Source: Lingula anatina (taxonomy: Eukaryota; Animalia; Brachiopoda). From it: a stretch of 64,000 nucleotides of DNA. The stretch is taken from assembly GCA_051362555.1 (NCBI GenBank), contig CM120648.1, forward strand, positions 15,372,587 through 15,436,586, in the 5' to 3' direction. The notes below the pieces were generated by a model. That model searched no databases, was not told where the DNA came from, and saw nothing but the letters and a program-made list of their open reading frames with translations. Shown in pieces: positions 27,732 through 39,500 of the stretch. The number at the start of each line of letters is the position of its first letter. Positions within the stretch are counted from its first letter, which is position 1. Both the position numbers and the translations under genes were made by a program.

Positions 27732-29985
27732 GTGTGCCCTTTAATTAAAGCAGACAAGTCACAGGATTAAGTCAGGTCCGGCGATTTCCAATCCTTTTCT
27801 CGTTTGCTAATTGCAATAAAAATCTTTACGACCTACTTAAGGCAATTACTACCGTGTCAAATACTCGTAAAATACTGTCGTACATGTCTTTCTAGTTGTA
27901 CATACCCCAAGGTTGAATGGTAAGGGTTAATTTGCCAACATGATGTCACAAAGACGCTGAGTTGAATAATAACGTCCTTTTCTTTTTCATTTTTTGTTGT
28001 TTGTCTTACAATGAAATTCAGGGTTCATGGAATGTATTCCTCTTCTTCTAATTATTAGACAGATATCCAAAATATCATGTGTTTGAATGAGACGGGTGTG
28101 TCAGATAGTGTGGTGTTTTCTATCCTGTACAAGTAAAACTGTAATTAGTGGCCACAGAACCAGTCTTTCGCCGAGGTATTCGTCCACAAACCGAGATGAA
28201 ATTTTCCACGCAACTTCTCTGTATAGAGAAAGCCTGACTGCTGAATTTTCTTTTTCCACTAAAGCTGAAGATAAGAAAGTGACATCATTTTGTGTTTTTT
28301 CCCCTCTTAGTCTCAATTTCTCTTGAATCTACCAAGTGCACTTCCAAGTTAATTTTCTTGTTATTTGATGAGTCTTCACGTTTAGTAACGAAGAGTTTCA
28401 ATATAATTGTTGCCTCAGAAATACATAAAACAAATGAGTTGAAGAGAATACTAAGCCCGTTCAAGATCGCGGTCAGTTTTCAGTAATAAAAACGCACCTC
28501 AGTTTCAAGCTTGTGAAAACAAACCGTTGTAATTTTAATTTTAAAAAAACATTTATTTACCACCAGTTTCTCTTTTTCTGATATTCGAAATCTACAGAAC
28601 TCGCGTCCTCTATCTTCAAATAATATTAATGCTCAACAACTTCAAGACTGTGATAAATATAATCAAAATTTTAAATTGTAACTTAAAAAATTTCTTCTTG
28701 TATTAACCAGAGCCTTTCTTTGGTATTCAGAGATGTACTTACTGTTTCTATCAACATAAAAGATCATCTGAACACACACATACCCGCTTGGTTTTAGAGA
28801 GAACAAAAGCGACTGGTTTTTTTACTACGATAAAAATATTTTTTCTCTGAAATATAACCAGATATATTGCAATATCCTTTGTAGTTCTACCAGTATAATG
28901 TGATTTCTAGCTCACCAGACATATCTAGGTGACAGGCATTGTGTCAGTGTGATGCATGCGTTTCCTATCCTTTCTTATTTTTTTTATTTTTAATTTTTTT
29001 GAGAAAACATGTTGATTTTTTGAGATGACCACTAACTAACAAATAAACAGATTCAGAACACAACATGCCTTCGGTCTTTATTATTTAGTGACGTCATAAG
29101 GTATTTTACTGTGGTTCATAGATTGGCAAAGTTAGTGCGGTGAATTGTTCCTTTCGGGTGTGATACAATGTGTAATTCATTACTGGACACTTTTCGTATT
29201 CACTCGTGTAAAGACGACTCAAACTTAGCAGCAATTACAAATTATAATTACAAATTATAATGGACTGATGTCAAAGACCTTTCTGACACGCCCTCAGCGT
29301 CTCTGCAGGGGCCGCACCTGAGAAGTTTTTTATTAACCAGTAATTATCGCGTACGTCCAAGGCTCCAGTATATGGAAATAGTTAACAAGGACGTTACACC
29401 AGGCAGTTACTCCCACTGGAAGAATTGTATTGGAAATTTGAGGCCTAATACCCCCTAAAGGTTTTTGGTCGCTAAGGACCTTGTTTCCCGTGGATTTGCC
29501 ACTAATTGAGGCTCGTTAGGCGTGAAAAGGAATGAAATAGTATTGATATGATAATACAAAGAACCTCAGTATATAACAAAGCATGAGGTAAGGACAGTCG
29601 TTCTATCTATTTTATGAATATTTTCTTATTTGAATAATACACACACTGGACGATAGAAGTGTCACCCCCTGAATCAGAGTAATCAAAGTTATTAACCTGA
29701 AGAGGCGGAATATAAGCAATGTCAGAATATCGATACAGTTGAATTGTTCAGTCAGAACCGTTTCTTTTGTGAAATTTGATGTTAATAAAATGATACCAGC
29801 ATATCATTCCACAGTCATTTATCTCCCCCTAAGTATTGGTTCAGTAGGAGTGACTCTTCTATTGTCCGGTGTGTGTAATTGTCATATAAAACTTAGAAAA
29901 TAATTAACTAACCCGACATTCAAGACAGATATCCTAAGTGGAAATAAATATTATCATTACGTATTCATTTTGTGTCTCAGAATTG

Positions 29986-30130
29986 TATAAAACGCATGTC
30001 TTGTTCTAGTTTGGATCGACTTAGATTCCTGTCAAGATTCGAGTCACTCGGTCCGTCAGTAAGCAGACGACAACTATTTTCCCGCCAAGATAATGAAGCT
30101 GATTCTACTTGTTACTCTCGTGGCTGCCAG
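29986..30130 (+). other. Inverted paralogous promoter and signal-peptide exon of the Gly/Tyr gene family (unit 1); downstream coding exons not found
   Basis: TATAAAA 29986-29992; the 5' UTR aligns with that of the Gly/Tyr gene (GC(A/T)TGTCTTG..AGTTT..GACTT.GA..GTCAAG..AGTCAC..AGCAGACGAC..CCGCCAAG). ATG 30093 gives MKLILLVTLVAA followed by AG|GTGAGA, the same phase-2 donor. Confidence 0.6.
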
Positions 30131-30390
30131 GTGAGATGTGGAGAGAGAGAGAGAGAGCAAGACATGAGAGAGATGTGTGTTGTAAGAGCGAGACTGGAAT
30201 TGATAGAGAGAGAGAGAGATAGGATTTGAATTTGGTCAAGAAAAAATCTGGTTTTCAAAAGAGAGCAGCATTTTTTTTCTAAGATGTAAAGGATTGGACA
30301 TTACGTTATAACCAACAAACAGAACCACACTGATAACAAGAGCTGTAAGTCACTCATGATTCACTTGGCAATTGTCCAGTCTTAGATATC

Positions 30391-30818
30391 TCATTGCTGC
30401 ATCTCCTGACGCTCAATAAATCTGACCCTTGCCGGACAGTCTGGCACGTGCACGGAGTGGAACTCTTGACCCATGTCCACACTACCCACCCACTGCAGGC
30501 GGTACCTCTGCAAGATCTTCACTAGCATCACACTCAGCTCCAGCTCCGCAAATCTTCGACCTTCAAAAACAAATATGTTTTTGGTTAAATATTCCAAGAA
30601 TGTGAAAAAGGGAAATGGAAAGAGAAAAGAGCAAGATATCGGGCAAGGGAAAGAAGAGAGAAGAAAAAAACGGAAGGAAAATGGGGGAGATCAGACCAAG
30701 AACGAATGTAAAGCATCAAAACCAAAGAAAAGAAGAACAAATACCAAATATACGTGTGAATTTCAAAATAGGTCCCGCACACACACACACACACAGACAC
30801 GCACACACATATACAGAG

Positions 30819-30866
<48 letters not shown>

Positions 30867-33800
30867 ATGTCCCAACCTAGGCACATCCGGGTCCCGTGGC
30901 CAAACGGCAGCAGCGTGTACGGGTTATAATCCTCAGAGGTGTTTTCTCGAAGCCAGCGATCAGGTTGAAACTGTTCAGGAGCCACGAAATATTCTGGGCT
31001 GTGGTAGAACACGAGGCTGTTCAGAGAAAGAATCGTCTGTAAGGAAAAGGCACATGAATGATGTATTGGTATAGATGGCGCCACGGCTTACCCGGCCAAA
31101 ATGTATAAATCAGCTCTTCGTTTATGGAGAAATTGTTATAGCTTTAAAACTTGGTTGGTGTGTTTTTAAATTTTAAGTTGTACTTTACAAGTTGTACATA
31201 ATGCTGTGACGAATTATTATTATCATCACTTTAAAATTATTTACATAGTTGCCATGACCACAAATAATGGACCATGCAGATATCGAAAACATTGTAATCC
31301 CGAAAGAAATGATAATAACATATGTGGCAAATTGTTCCAAGAAATGATAGAGATCTCAGGGCAAGGCTACTGTGCATTCGAGAACCAAATTTCACCAAAC
31401 AAACGTTCAACGGAAAACAGCGTTCATCACAAGGTTGTGTTTTATTGTTTGTCATTCCATATCAAACGCTTTATGTTGAGGCGTCCAAATAATCTTATTG
31501 GATCTCAAATAGAAATTCTAAAAAAAGAGTTTAGTAAAGATCCACTGTGTAGTAATACGCCACTGTCAGGCAAAGAAGGCATACTATCTTTATTAAACAC
31601 TTTCAAATATATCTTTATAAACATTCTTTTAGTATGTGCTAAGCTGGTTATACCCCCTTTGGTATATGGTATCCACCAACCACCGTGTCCTGCTGCGGAA
31701 TTCTGGTGAGTTCCACCGTAAGAGGAAAAAACCTGTAACAGAAAAAATATGACATTTTTAAGATAAGCCGTTACAGCACAAGTGTAAACTGGCATTTATG
31801 ACAGCAGAGACGCTCATTTAATTCAAAGTCAACACACGTGTACACGTGCTAATTTGTGCTTTAAGGTTAGGCCACACTTTTTTATTTTTATGGATGACAT
31901 CCTCTGGGTACCCCAAAATCGGTGCGAGAGGGCGAAAAAAAAAAACAGTCCAAAAAAAAAAAACTGCTTAAGTAAAGGAATGCTGTCAGTACACAGCTGG
32001 AAACACAAATTTAACCACAGAAACACGTATCAAACTAACAATATGTCTTTATCCATGCTCTCAAAATATTAAAGCATTGTGAATACTTCGTAGAAATGTA
32101 AAAAAAAGTCATGAATTGATATACTTCATATTACCAAATCTATTTAAGGTTATTTCATGCATTCATTTGGTATAGCAATCAATAAAACAAATATCAATCA
32201 AACAGTGCGTCTTTATTTGTATTCTCAGAATATTAAAACATTTTGAACACTTCACAGAAATGTTTAAAAAATGATGCAAAGATATGCTTAATACTACCAA
32301 ATCTATTAAAGGTCATTTCAGACGATGCCATTTTGTCAACTTCAACTCACACGAAGCAGCTAAACTGTCAGGTGGCCTGTCCGACCTTCAGCCCACCAAA
32401 TACCTCGACGCCCTTGTCGACCCTTTTTTCGCTACAGAAAACCTGGTATTAATGTGCTGCTTTATACAGAATGTCACAGAAATGTTTCGGCCGCCGCCAG
32501 CCTTTCGCACAATTGTAAAAAGGTGATATCTCCATGCCCAATATCAATGGCATACCAATCCAAAACGATGGCGCCCGTTCTCTTGATGACTTTTATTGTT
32601 GTGTAATTTGAAAGTAAACCTAGAGATGAATTTGACAGCAAAGTGGCCGCATTTCCACGTGGCGAAAATACGCATGCGCAGAAAGCTCATTTCCTTGCAA
32701 ATTCAATAACAACGTTTGCGACAACCGACTTCGTTGGGGGCTGGGGGGGGGGGCTTTTTTTTTTTTTTTGGAGAACGGGCGAAAATCCGTGCGCGCGCAG
32801 GATGTCATCCATAAAATTAAAAAATGTGGCCTTATATGCTGTGATTTCGCTTTAGTGAATAGAATGCAATTCTGAGTCTTATCACTTTAAATAATTTGCT
32901 AACCACTACCTCGGCATGTGTGCGTCATAATTTGTTATTCATCCAGAGTAAAAAATTGTCACATATTTACAATGAATATATTATTCTAGGAAATACACTT
33001 GCTATATAGCCTCCCTATATTCATCAAAAGATTAACATTTTGGCATGCATAAGAAATTTTGACTTTTTGATTCATCAACATTTGGAAATGCCTTGCATGA
33101 TATATTCCCTGATGAAATCGTTTGTCATACGCTGAGATGTTGTGGTTTGAAAAAAATCTGACTTTATCTGATGTACGAAGAAGCTATCATAGCACATTTC
33201 CTAGTATTTTATCTATAATTGCAAAAGACCCATTACTATAATATTGAAAACATTTATTTTGTAAGATGTGGTATTTCACAGACCTGGAGGTCTCCTTAAG
33301 AAAAGCTTTCATGTACTTCATCTTCTTGATGTGGTCCTTCGTCACATTTTCCCCTCTCGGCACGGTTTTCTCTACTTCCTCGAATAGCTTGTCTTGCACG
33401 TGACTGTACTTCGAAAGCGTGAACAGATTCCAAATCAAAACGGCTGGTGTCTAGAAAAGTGTTATTATACGGACGTGAATTAATTACACTTTGTATCGAA
33501 TGAAAAAATACCGAACTGTTATAATTGATAATCGATGAACGGAAAGCAAGAAAAATGACATTAAAATCTGAATTGAACGCTCGTACAAGTTGACAGATAT
33601 ACAATACCCATACCGATGCAGCGGTCAATCAATAAAAATGTGCGAATTATGAAGAATCTCTCTGTAAAGGGTAATCTGCAGGTATACCATTATGTTTTGA
33701 TGGTTTAAGAGAGCATGAGTAGAATTTACAAAGCCTACTCTGTACGTTACACAAGCCTTGCTTAGAGAGTGAGAAGGGTAACGGAAGGAACGCTAATAAT

Positions 33801-35228
33801 TAACGGAGGGCGCGCACCATCCCCCCCTTCCTTCCTTTTCATTTCGTTCTTACCGCAATGAGTCCATCGAATATCATATCCAATGACAGCATGCCCCACT
33901 CACTGTACGGGATATCACCTGGAATGGGTACGTCATGATTACTGTTTGAATATTATCCAATCACAGTTCGGTAAAATGTGTGTTCGTTCTAATAAACATG
34001 TAGAGAGCGCCGTCTATATATTTGACTGGTGCATGTAGCACCGCGTGTAAGAGGTTACCTGAACGGGACATTACATGTCGCAGGAAACTATATTTGTCAT
34101 CTGGCAACTGGTCTGTGGCGGAGAGGACCTTAATGTCTTCGACCGCCCGGTCCAAAAGTTTTTGCAAACCCCTGATAAAAATAACATTGCAAATATTACT
34201 TTGATTTAGTTTACGAATACCGAACTGATGAGGTAATGTGTGTTTAATAATCAAATACAAATAAAATAACATATCAGTAGATAAACCAGATTCCAGTCGC
34301 ACAATTTTTAAATAAAGAAGTAATTTAATTCCGTTTCGTTGCTTCTAATTAGATATGGAGAAAATAAACCTATTTATGCATTCCATCATTTTTGTCGTCT
34401 CAGAATACAGACGAGAGCACACACGAAGTCAGTGAAAAAACTTTTACTATGTAACGTAAAAAAATAAAGTATCCCTGTTAGTGAGTGTGTGTGTGTGTGG
34501 GGTGGGGGGGGGGGGAGAGGTTGTATTTACCCAAACAAGTAATCCGCACTCTTCACCATGGTATTCCACTGCGCAGTTCTCACATATCTGTACAGAGGAA
34601 GCGAGTAATACAGGCGCGTGGCGCTGCGAACGAGGGTTTGCGTGGCCTCTATCATGGAGCGGACGTCAAAGAACTCGTTGACCTCATTATCAAAGAAGCC
34701 CGGATGTATCTCAAAAATATTTCTGGCAGTGGCTGGAAGAATTGCAATATACATGAAGTGAAGGGAACTTTGATCGAAATTGAGCAAATCAGTATTTCAA
34801 TATGATCCATAAAAGAGGGTTTAGCCGCTCCTACTTTTTATATACCCCAGGGCAAGCTCGCGATATTTCGTTTATAATTTTAGCTGCCCCATACCAGCAT
34901 TCAAATCTAGTTCTATACTTATTCACTCACGCCATGATTAAAATAATCGAGATTTATAAGTTGTTGCTTTAAATAGATCCAATTATGGGTTGTACAATGC
35001 ATGATTAATAATTACCGTGTTTTTACCCTCAGACTTTAGACCTACACTACTGGTACTGCTACTACCACCGATACCCAAAACTTCTATTTCTGCTGCTGAT
35101 ACTACCCCTGTACATGTACGTGTACTACCAACAATACTACTTTACAGCAAAAATTTAAAACATCGTATTTGGGGTCACAAAATATTGCTTGTGAACGTAA
35201 CCCCTGGTCCCCGTGACAAATGCAATAA

Positions 35229-35263
<35 letters not shown>

Positions 35264-36794
35264 AAAGAAGCCAGTCTCGTAAAACGTTGTACCCAGTGTT
35301 TCTGTTTTGGACCGGTGGCTAAACCGTTGTATTCCCAAGGGGGCGAACTAAAACTAAAACAGAACCGCTAAATTATTTCAACAACTATACATGTATTTTA
35401 ATGGCACGAATAGCGCTGCATATACTTACATTTAAGGTGCCATTTAGCAAATTCCTCGTAAAGGTTCGGGACTTCTCCGTTTGCTGTCTGAATGCCGGGC
35501 AGCCGTGTTATGAAATCGTCAGCAACCTCAGTAATAAACGGCAAATATTCAGCAACGATGTTTGGTCGTAAGATGTGGTTTTCGACCAGGCCACGCAGTG
35601 TGCGCCACTCTTCTCCGTTGCTAAAATAGGGATTTATAAAAAGTGACCGCTTTATGTCTGTTTCTGTTGGATTGGTCCATAAAAGCACGAACAAGACCAC
35701 CGAAATAATTAGGAAAATGCAACAAAAAGCAGAATGTCTTTTATAAAATAGCTCACAATGAAAAAGTTGAAATTAAAACTATAGATACAATGTAACAACA
35801 CAGAATACACTTCTTAATATTTTTTAATTTAAAGATATTGCAATAAGGTATCCTAGACTTACCTTCACGTCACCAGTTAAAACAAAACAAATCACTCTCC
35901 ATCGATGAAATATTGGTTAATCTGTCCTACATTTAAACTAGTGAATCATGCATTATCAAAGAAAAATCATTTATATTAGGCCATCGAACTGCTTCCATAT
36001 CGAAGAACATGATTTCCTTGTTGAAAAAGAAGATTTCATAATCCAGGATTCATAATGCAAAATTGGTTAAAGGGTTTAGCGTTCAGTGTTTACCGGTAGG
36101 ATCTCACAAGAGTCATCTTAGTTCAAATATAAAAAAAAAGAGAGCCTACCCTGTATTTGAACGGCACAATAACGGTTGCAGACGTCCATCATCTCGTCAC
36201 GTGGTGGATTTTGTTTCAGACTTCACAAAAAAAAAGATACAGTCCGAAAAACAGCTCTAAACTAATAGACCAATAGACTAATTGAATACTGCGACTGTTG
36301 TGTATCAGGAGACACCTAACTTTTAATTAAGACATAAACTTAAATATATTTGGGTTACATGAACTTAGTACCCGTAGACCACATTTTGGTTTCAAATTTT
36401 AGGATAGATTATTGGGGCTACAGCCGTTTTTTTAGTCCGTCCAGGCCCTTTTATAGATTAAAAAAATAAATAAATAAAAAGTTACGTTACTCAATCCGAA
36501 GAAAACTCTGGCTGATTTTAAACACTGAAATAGTTAAAGGGAGTAATGTGCTTTCTTACACGTTGCCAATGCCAAGACCAATCCTTCTCCACTTTCTGTA
36601 GAACATTAATGGCGGAAACAATGGATAAACGTCCGTCTTGACCTGGCCATTACGCAGGACACTACAGATGTCGTCCAGGTGAAAAAGGTGGACAAACGTG
36701 TCACCTGATCTCGTCTCCTTGACAACCGGGCCGTAATTTTCATGGAGAGACTCCAAGATTTCCCGCATTTTCCGGTAGTCATGCGTTCCTAATA

Positions 36795-36829
<35 letters not shown>

Positions 36830-37311
36830 TAATAACGATCACTAATAAAAGTGATCACTTTAACTCTTAAACTACGTGCTCTTAGACCCCTTTCCCATAC
36901 CTAGATCGACCTAGCAGGATCGATCCATCTCTGAGAGGTTTCTAGCTAAATTACATGCAACTTAAGCAGCTCTAATGTCTGACACGCTTATTGAAGCTGT
37001 AAGGGGGTAATTAACTGTAGTTCAGCAGCTTCAGTAGGCGTGACAGACATCTAAGTCGCCTAAGCTGAAAGCAATTTAACGATAATCCCCTCGGAGTTGG
37101 AGCGATCCTGCTAGATCGAGCGAGGTATGGGAATGGGGTCTTATGTTTGATGTACATGTAGTAACTGGAACTAATTGTGTTTATACCTGCATTTTATAAG
37201 GCCTTTTTTATATGAAATATTTTCTATAGAAATGTTTTCCTGAACCATTGTCGGGGGCACAGAAAAAGATGATAATCATGTTACAGTGATAATTTCATTT
37301 ATATATTGTGT

Positions 37312-37366
<55 letters not shown>

Positions 37367-39020
37367 TTGACAAAATATACAAAACACACATTTCAACCAA
37401 CTAAGGTCGCGGAGTACGACCACAAGACCCTTCGACTTGTGCCCCGGATTTTCGTCAGACCTGGTGAAATCGAATACGAATATGAAATGCTTGTTCATTT
37501 AAACGTTACACATATAGATTAGTATGATACATAGGCCTATTTTTCACATGACCCATTTTTTTGCTATTTTAATACTAATGGGTCTCGCAGCTGCCTAAGG
37601 CGCGTGAAATATTGCATAATGAACAAAATGGAGGCGTCGATGAATGTTTAAAATAAAATATTTTGTTCTGTCCTTTTTTCCATGCGCATACGAGCACACT
37701 TGGCTCCTTAAATATTCAACACAAGTGAAAAGTTACTTAGAGGCCAAAATAATAAGAGGAAAGAGTAAACATAATCGTTAAACGGAGTGCACAGCCCGTA
37801 CTTCAGCTATGTACAAAGCTTATATAATATATTAGGCCGTGAATACTTTGTTTTTTATCCTGGATCGCACACACGCAATAAATCTATATAATTCTAGTAT
37901 GAGTCAGCCGAACCTAGTACCTATGTATATTGTACCTTTGCATTAATACTAACTGAACCAGGCTGAACACTTGAACAAAGGAGCCTAAAAGGTAAACAGG
38001 ACAAAACTAGAAAAGCACTCAGAGAGCGCAGACCTCCGCCAAGGCGGCAAAGTCTCCATCCAATGCCGTTTCACCCCTAAATTTTCGATATTTTTGATTA
38101 TTGATTATTGGCTGATTATTGATCCGGATCACCACCAAAAACTAATCATTTGTTCCTTGGTCCACTTCTGACAGTTCCTGAAAATTTCATCAAAATCGGT
38201 GCATAACGTTTTGAGCCATGTTGATGACAGACAGACAAACAGGGGTAAAAAAAACCTCCTTGGCGGAGGTAAAAAAAGGACATTGGCCGTACGTCTATAT
38301 AAAACCTGCAAAGGGCGTAAAGATGGGGTACTTGTGAAACTTTTTTTAAATCTCTTAATGTCTCCGCCAATTTAATGTCTGTGAGTGAAATGCATAATAT
38401 TTGTTAATTTTTTTTTTGGGAAAAAGAAACAATAAACAAAACGTACGCTTACTACATATTTAGTTTTCTTTCACTTTTGGTTTACTTTCACAACTGAATA
38501 AACACGTAAGTACTTCTTTCTTATGCATAAACATGCATGGTTAATGTTTGTACTATTTGCAATTTTTTTTTTAGTAAAATGCTTAAAAGGTCGAAAAAGT
38601 CCAATGAAACTCTGGTCACGAAGTCCAGTGAAACTGAAATGCCATAAGGAAACAACGTGGCTGCGGAAATGCTGTAAAATATGGATGTTCGTTTTCAAAC
38701 TTTTACTCGCTTTTCCCCACAGATCAGAGAAAAAGATGTTCGTTCAATGACTCTAGGGGGTGAAAGAGGCACCATTATACTTGTATTTTATACAGCAGTC
38801 ATTTTTCCAAATACTTACCTGTTATGTAATCTAAAAGGCTCCCGAAATAAGGCAGCCCTCCAGGGCCAGGTATTTCTTTAAAAGATTTCACTTGGCTGCA
38901 GTCTAAACTGGAATGGTGCTTGTCCTTTTCGCTCAATTGCATAAAGTTATACGATGAGCACGCCCTTTTCCTGTAAATGTTGATCAATTGGTTGGCGAAC
39001 GTCGTCCTGAAGTTTGGCAT
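30391..39020 (-). CDS. Cytochrome P450, mitochondrial clan (CYP44/CYP49/CYP12-like), copy 1, 525 aa
   Basis: Ten exons: 39020-38819, 36788-36560, 35620-35430, 34732-34531, 34171-34059, 33918-33854, 33450-33284, 31732-31654, 31036-30877, 30560-30391. All introns are GT-AG and phase-compatible; 1578 nt with no internal stop. Motifs: basic N-terminus without a TM anchor, EIPGP, YGPVV, GEEWxxLR, KETSR (ExxR), GYHIPKG, FQPDRW, PFGHGTRMCLGRRFAE (heme Cys; GRRxAE typical of the mito clan). Confidence 0.93.
31870..32831. mobile_element. Non-autonomous PIF/Harbinger-type element (962 bp) in P450 copy 1 intron 7
   Basis: TIRs of ~33 bp (GGCCACAC..TTTTATGGATGACATCCT) and a TTA target-site duplication (31867-31869, 32832-32834). 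Unit 2 has the empty site AAGGTTATATG near 55878. Confidence 0.85.
36885..37140. mobile_element. Palindromic MITE (TTA TSD, Harbinger-like) in P450 copy 1 intron 1
   Basis: GACCCCTTTCCCATACCT.GATCGA.CTAGCAGGATCG ... CGATCCTGCTAGATCGAGCGAGGTATGGGAATGGGGTC, flanked by TTA. An orthologous copy lies at 61677-61909. Confidence 0.8.
37315..37365. repeat. (AT)n microsatellite
   Basis: Pure TA repeat, absent from unit 2. Confidence 0.9.
38003..38273. mobile_element. Helentron-associated non-autonomous element (HINE/DINE-1-like)
   Basis: Subterminal inverted repeats CCTCCGCCAAGG / CCTTGGCGGAGG, a short terminal hairpin (GCACTC..GAGCGC) and an internal (GACA)n. It is inserted into an A-run; unit 2 has the empty site GACAAAAAAGGA at 62731-62742. 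Confidence 0.75.
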
Positions 39021-39401
39021 GATGCGTTGTAACTGATACAAATGTACAACTATGGTGAATAAAGTGAAATGTACCGGCAGAGACGAGATTTAATCTCTCC
39101 TTGGCTGTATTTCTCCCCAGAATAAACTTTTGTGTCTGAACCAAAGAACGGCGCGCGCATCCTGTAATTTCCATAAGGGTCAGAAAACTTTTTTCAGCTC
39201 ATTTCAACCTTTCATGTATAGCAGGCGCAAACCAACACCGTCATAGCGTGGCTTCCTGAAGCCGATCGGAATTTTACAAGAGAATCATGGCAGCCTTCCA
39301 TTCTGGGTTATACAATTATCCATGTTGATATTCTTAGTAACTCCTGTGAGTCATGAACAAGTATGTCGTTGACACCCGAACCAGTTCACAGTTGTCGCTT
39401 A

Positions 39402-39500
39402 GGGACCATTCACAGACAATATCGTACTAACAGTAGATCTATCTATCTCCGAGGGGATTCTCGCTAAGGGGGTAATAAATTATCGTTTAGCAGCCTCAGT
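39402..39500. mobile_element. Truncated MITE (same family as 36885-37140) at the duplication junction
   Basis: Matches the longer copy at 63823-64000, but with an internal deletion and truncation exactly at the unit 1/unit 2 boundary. Confidence 0.65.

Larger units (their letters stand above)
15522..39500. repeat. Tandem segmental duplication, unit 1 (~24 kb)
   Basis: Collinear with 39501-63974. The start ...CTCCTTC..GTATCCTCAGTTCGACAATTCTACCT (15525-15563) matches 39504-39543. The end GGGGGTAATAAATTATCGTTTAGCAGC(C/T)TCAGT at 39500 matches 63974. Gene order is the same in both units. Confidence 0.92.

Noticed and set aside
31505-31795. ORF with GGTHQNSAAGHGGWW (also 55589-55807)
   Set aside because: Wrong frame of P450 exon 8 (FFPLTVELTRIPQQDTVVGGYHIPKG).
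35016-35235. Donor-like site and short ORFs in P450 intron 3
   Set aside because: A decayed (TAC)n-like tract; the phase is incompatible, and the P450 is complete without it.
38947-39174. ORF MEITGCARR... as P450 exon 1
   Set aside because: It is out of frame with the P450, and its ATG is absent in copy 2, where the site is TATAAAA.
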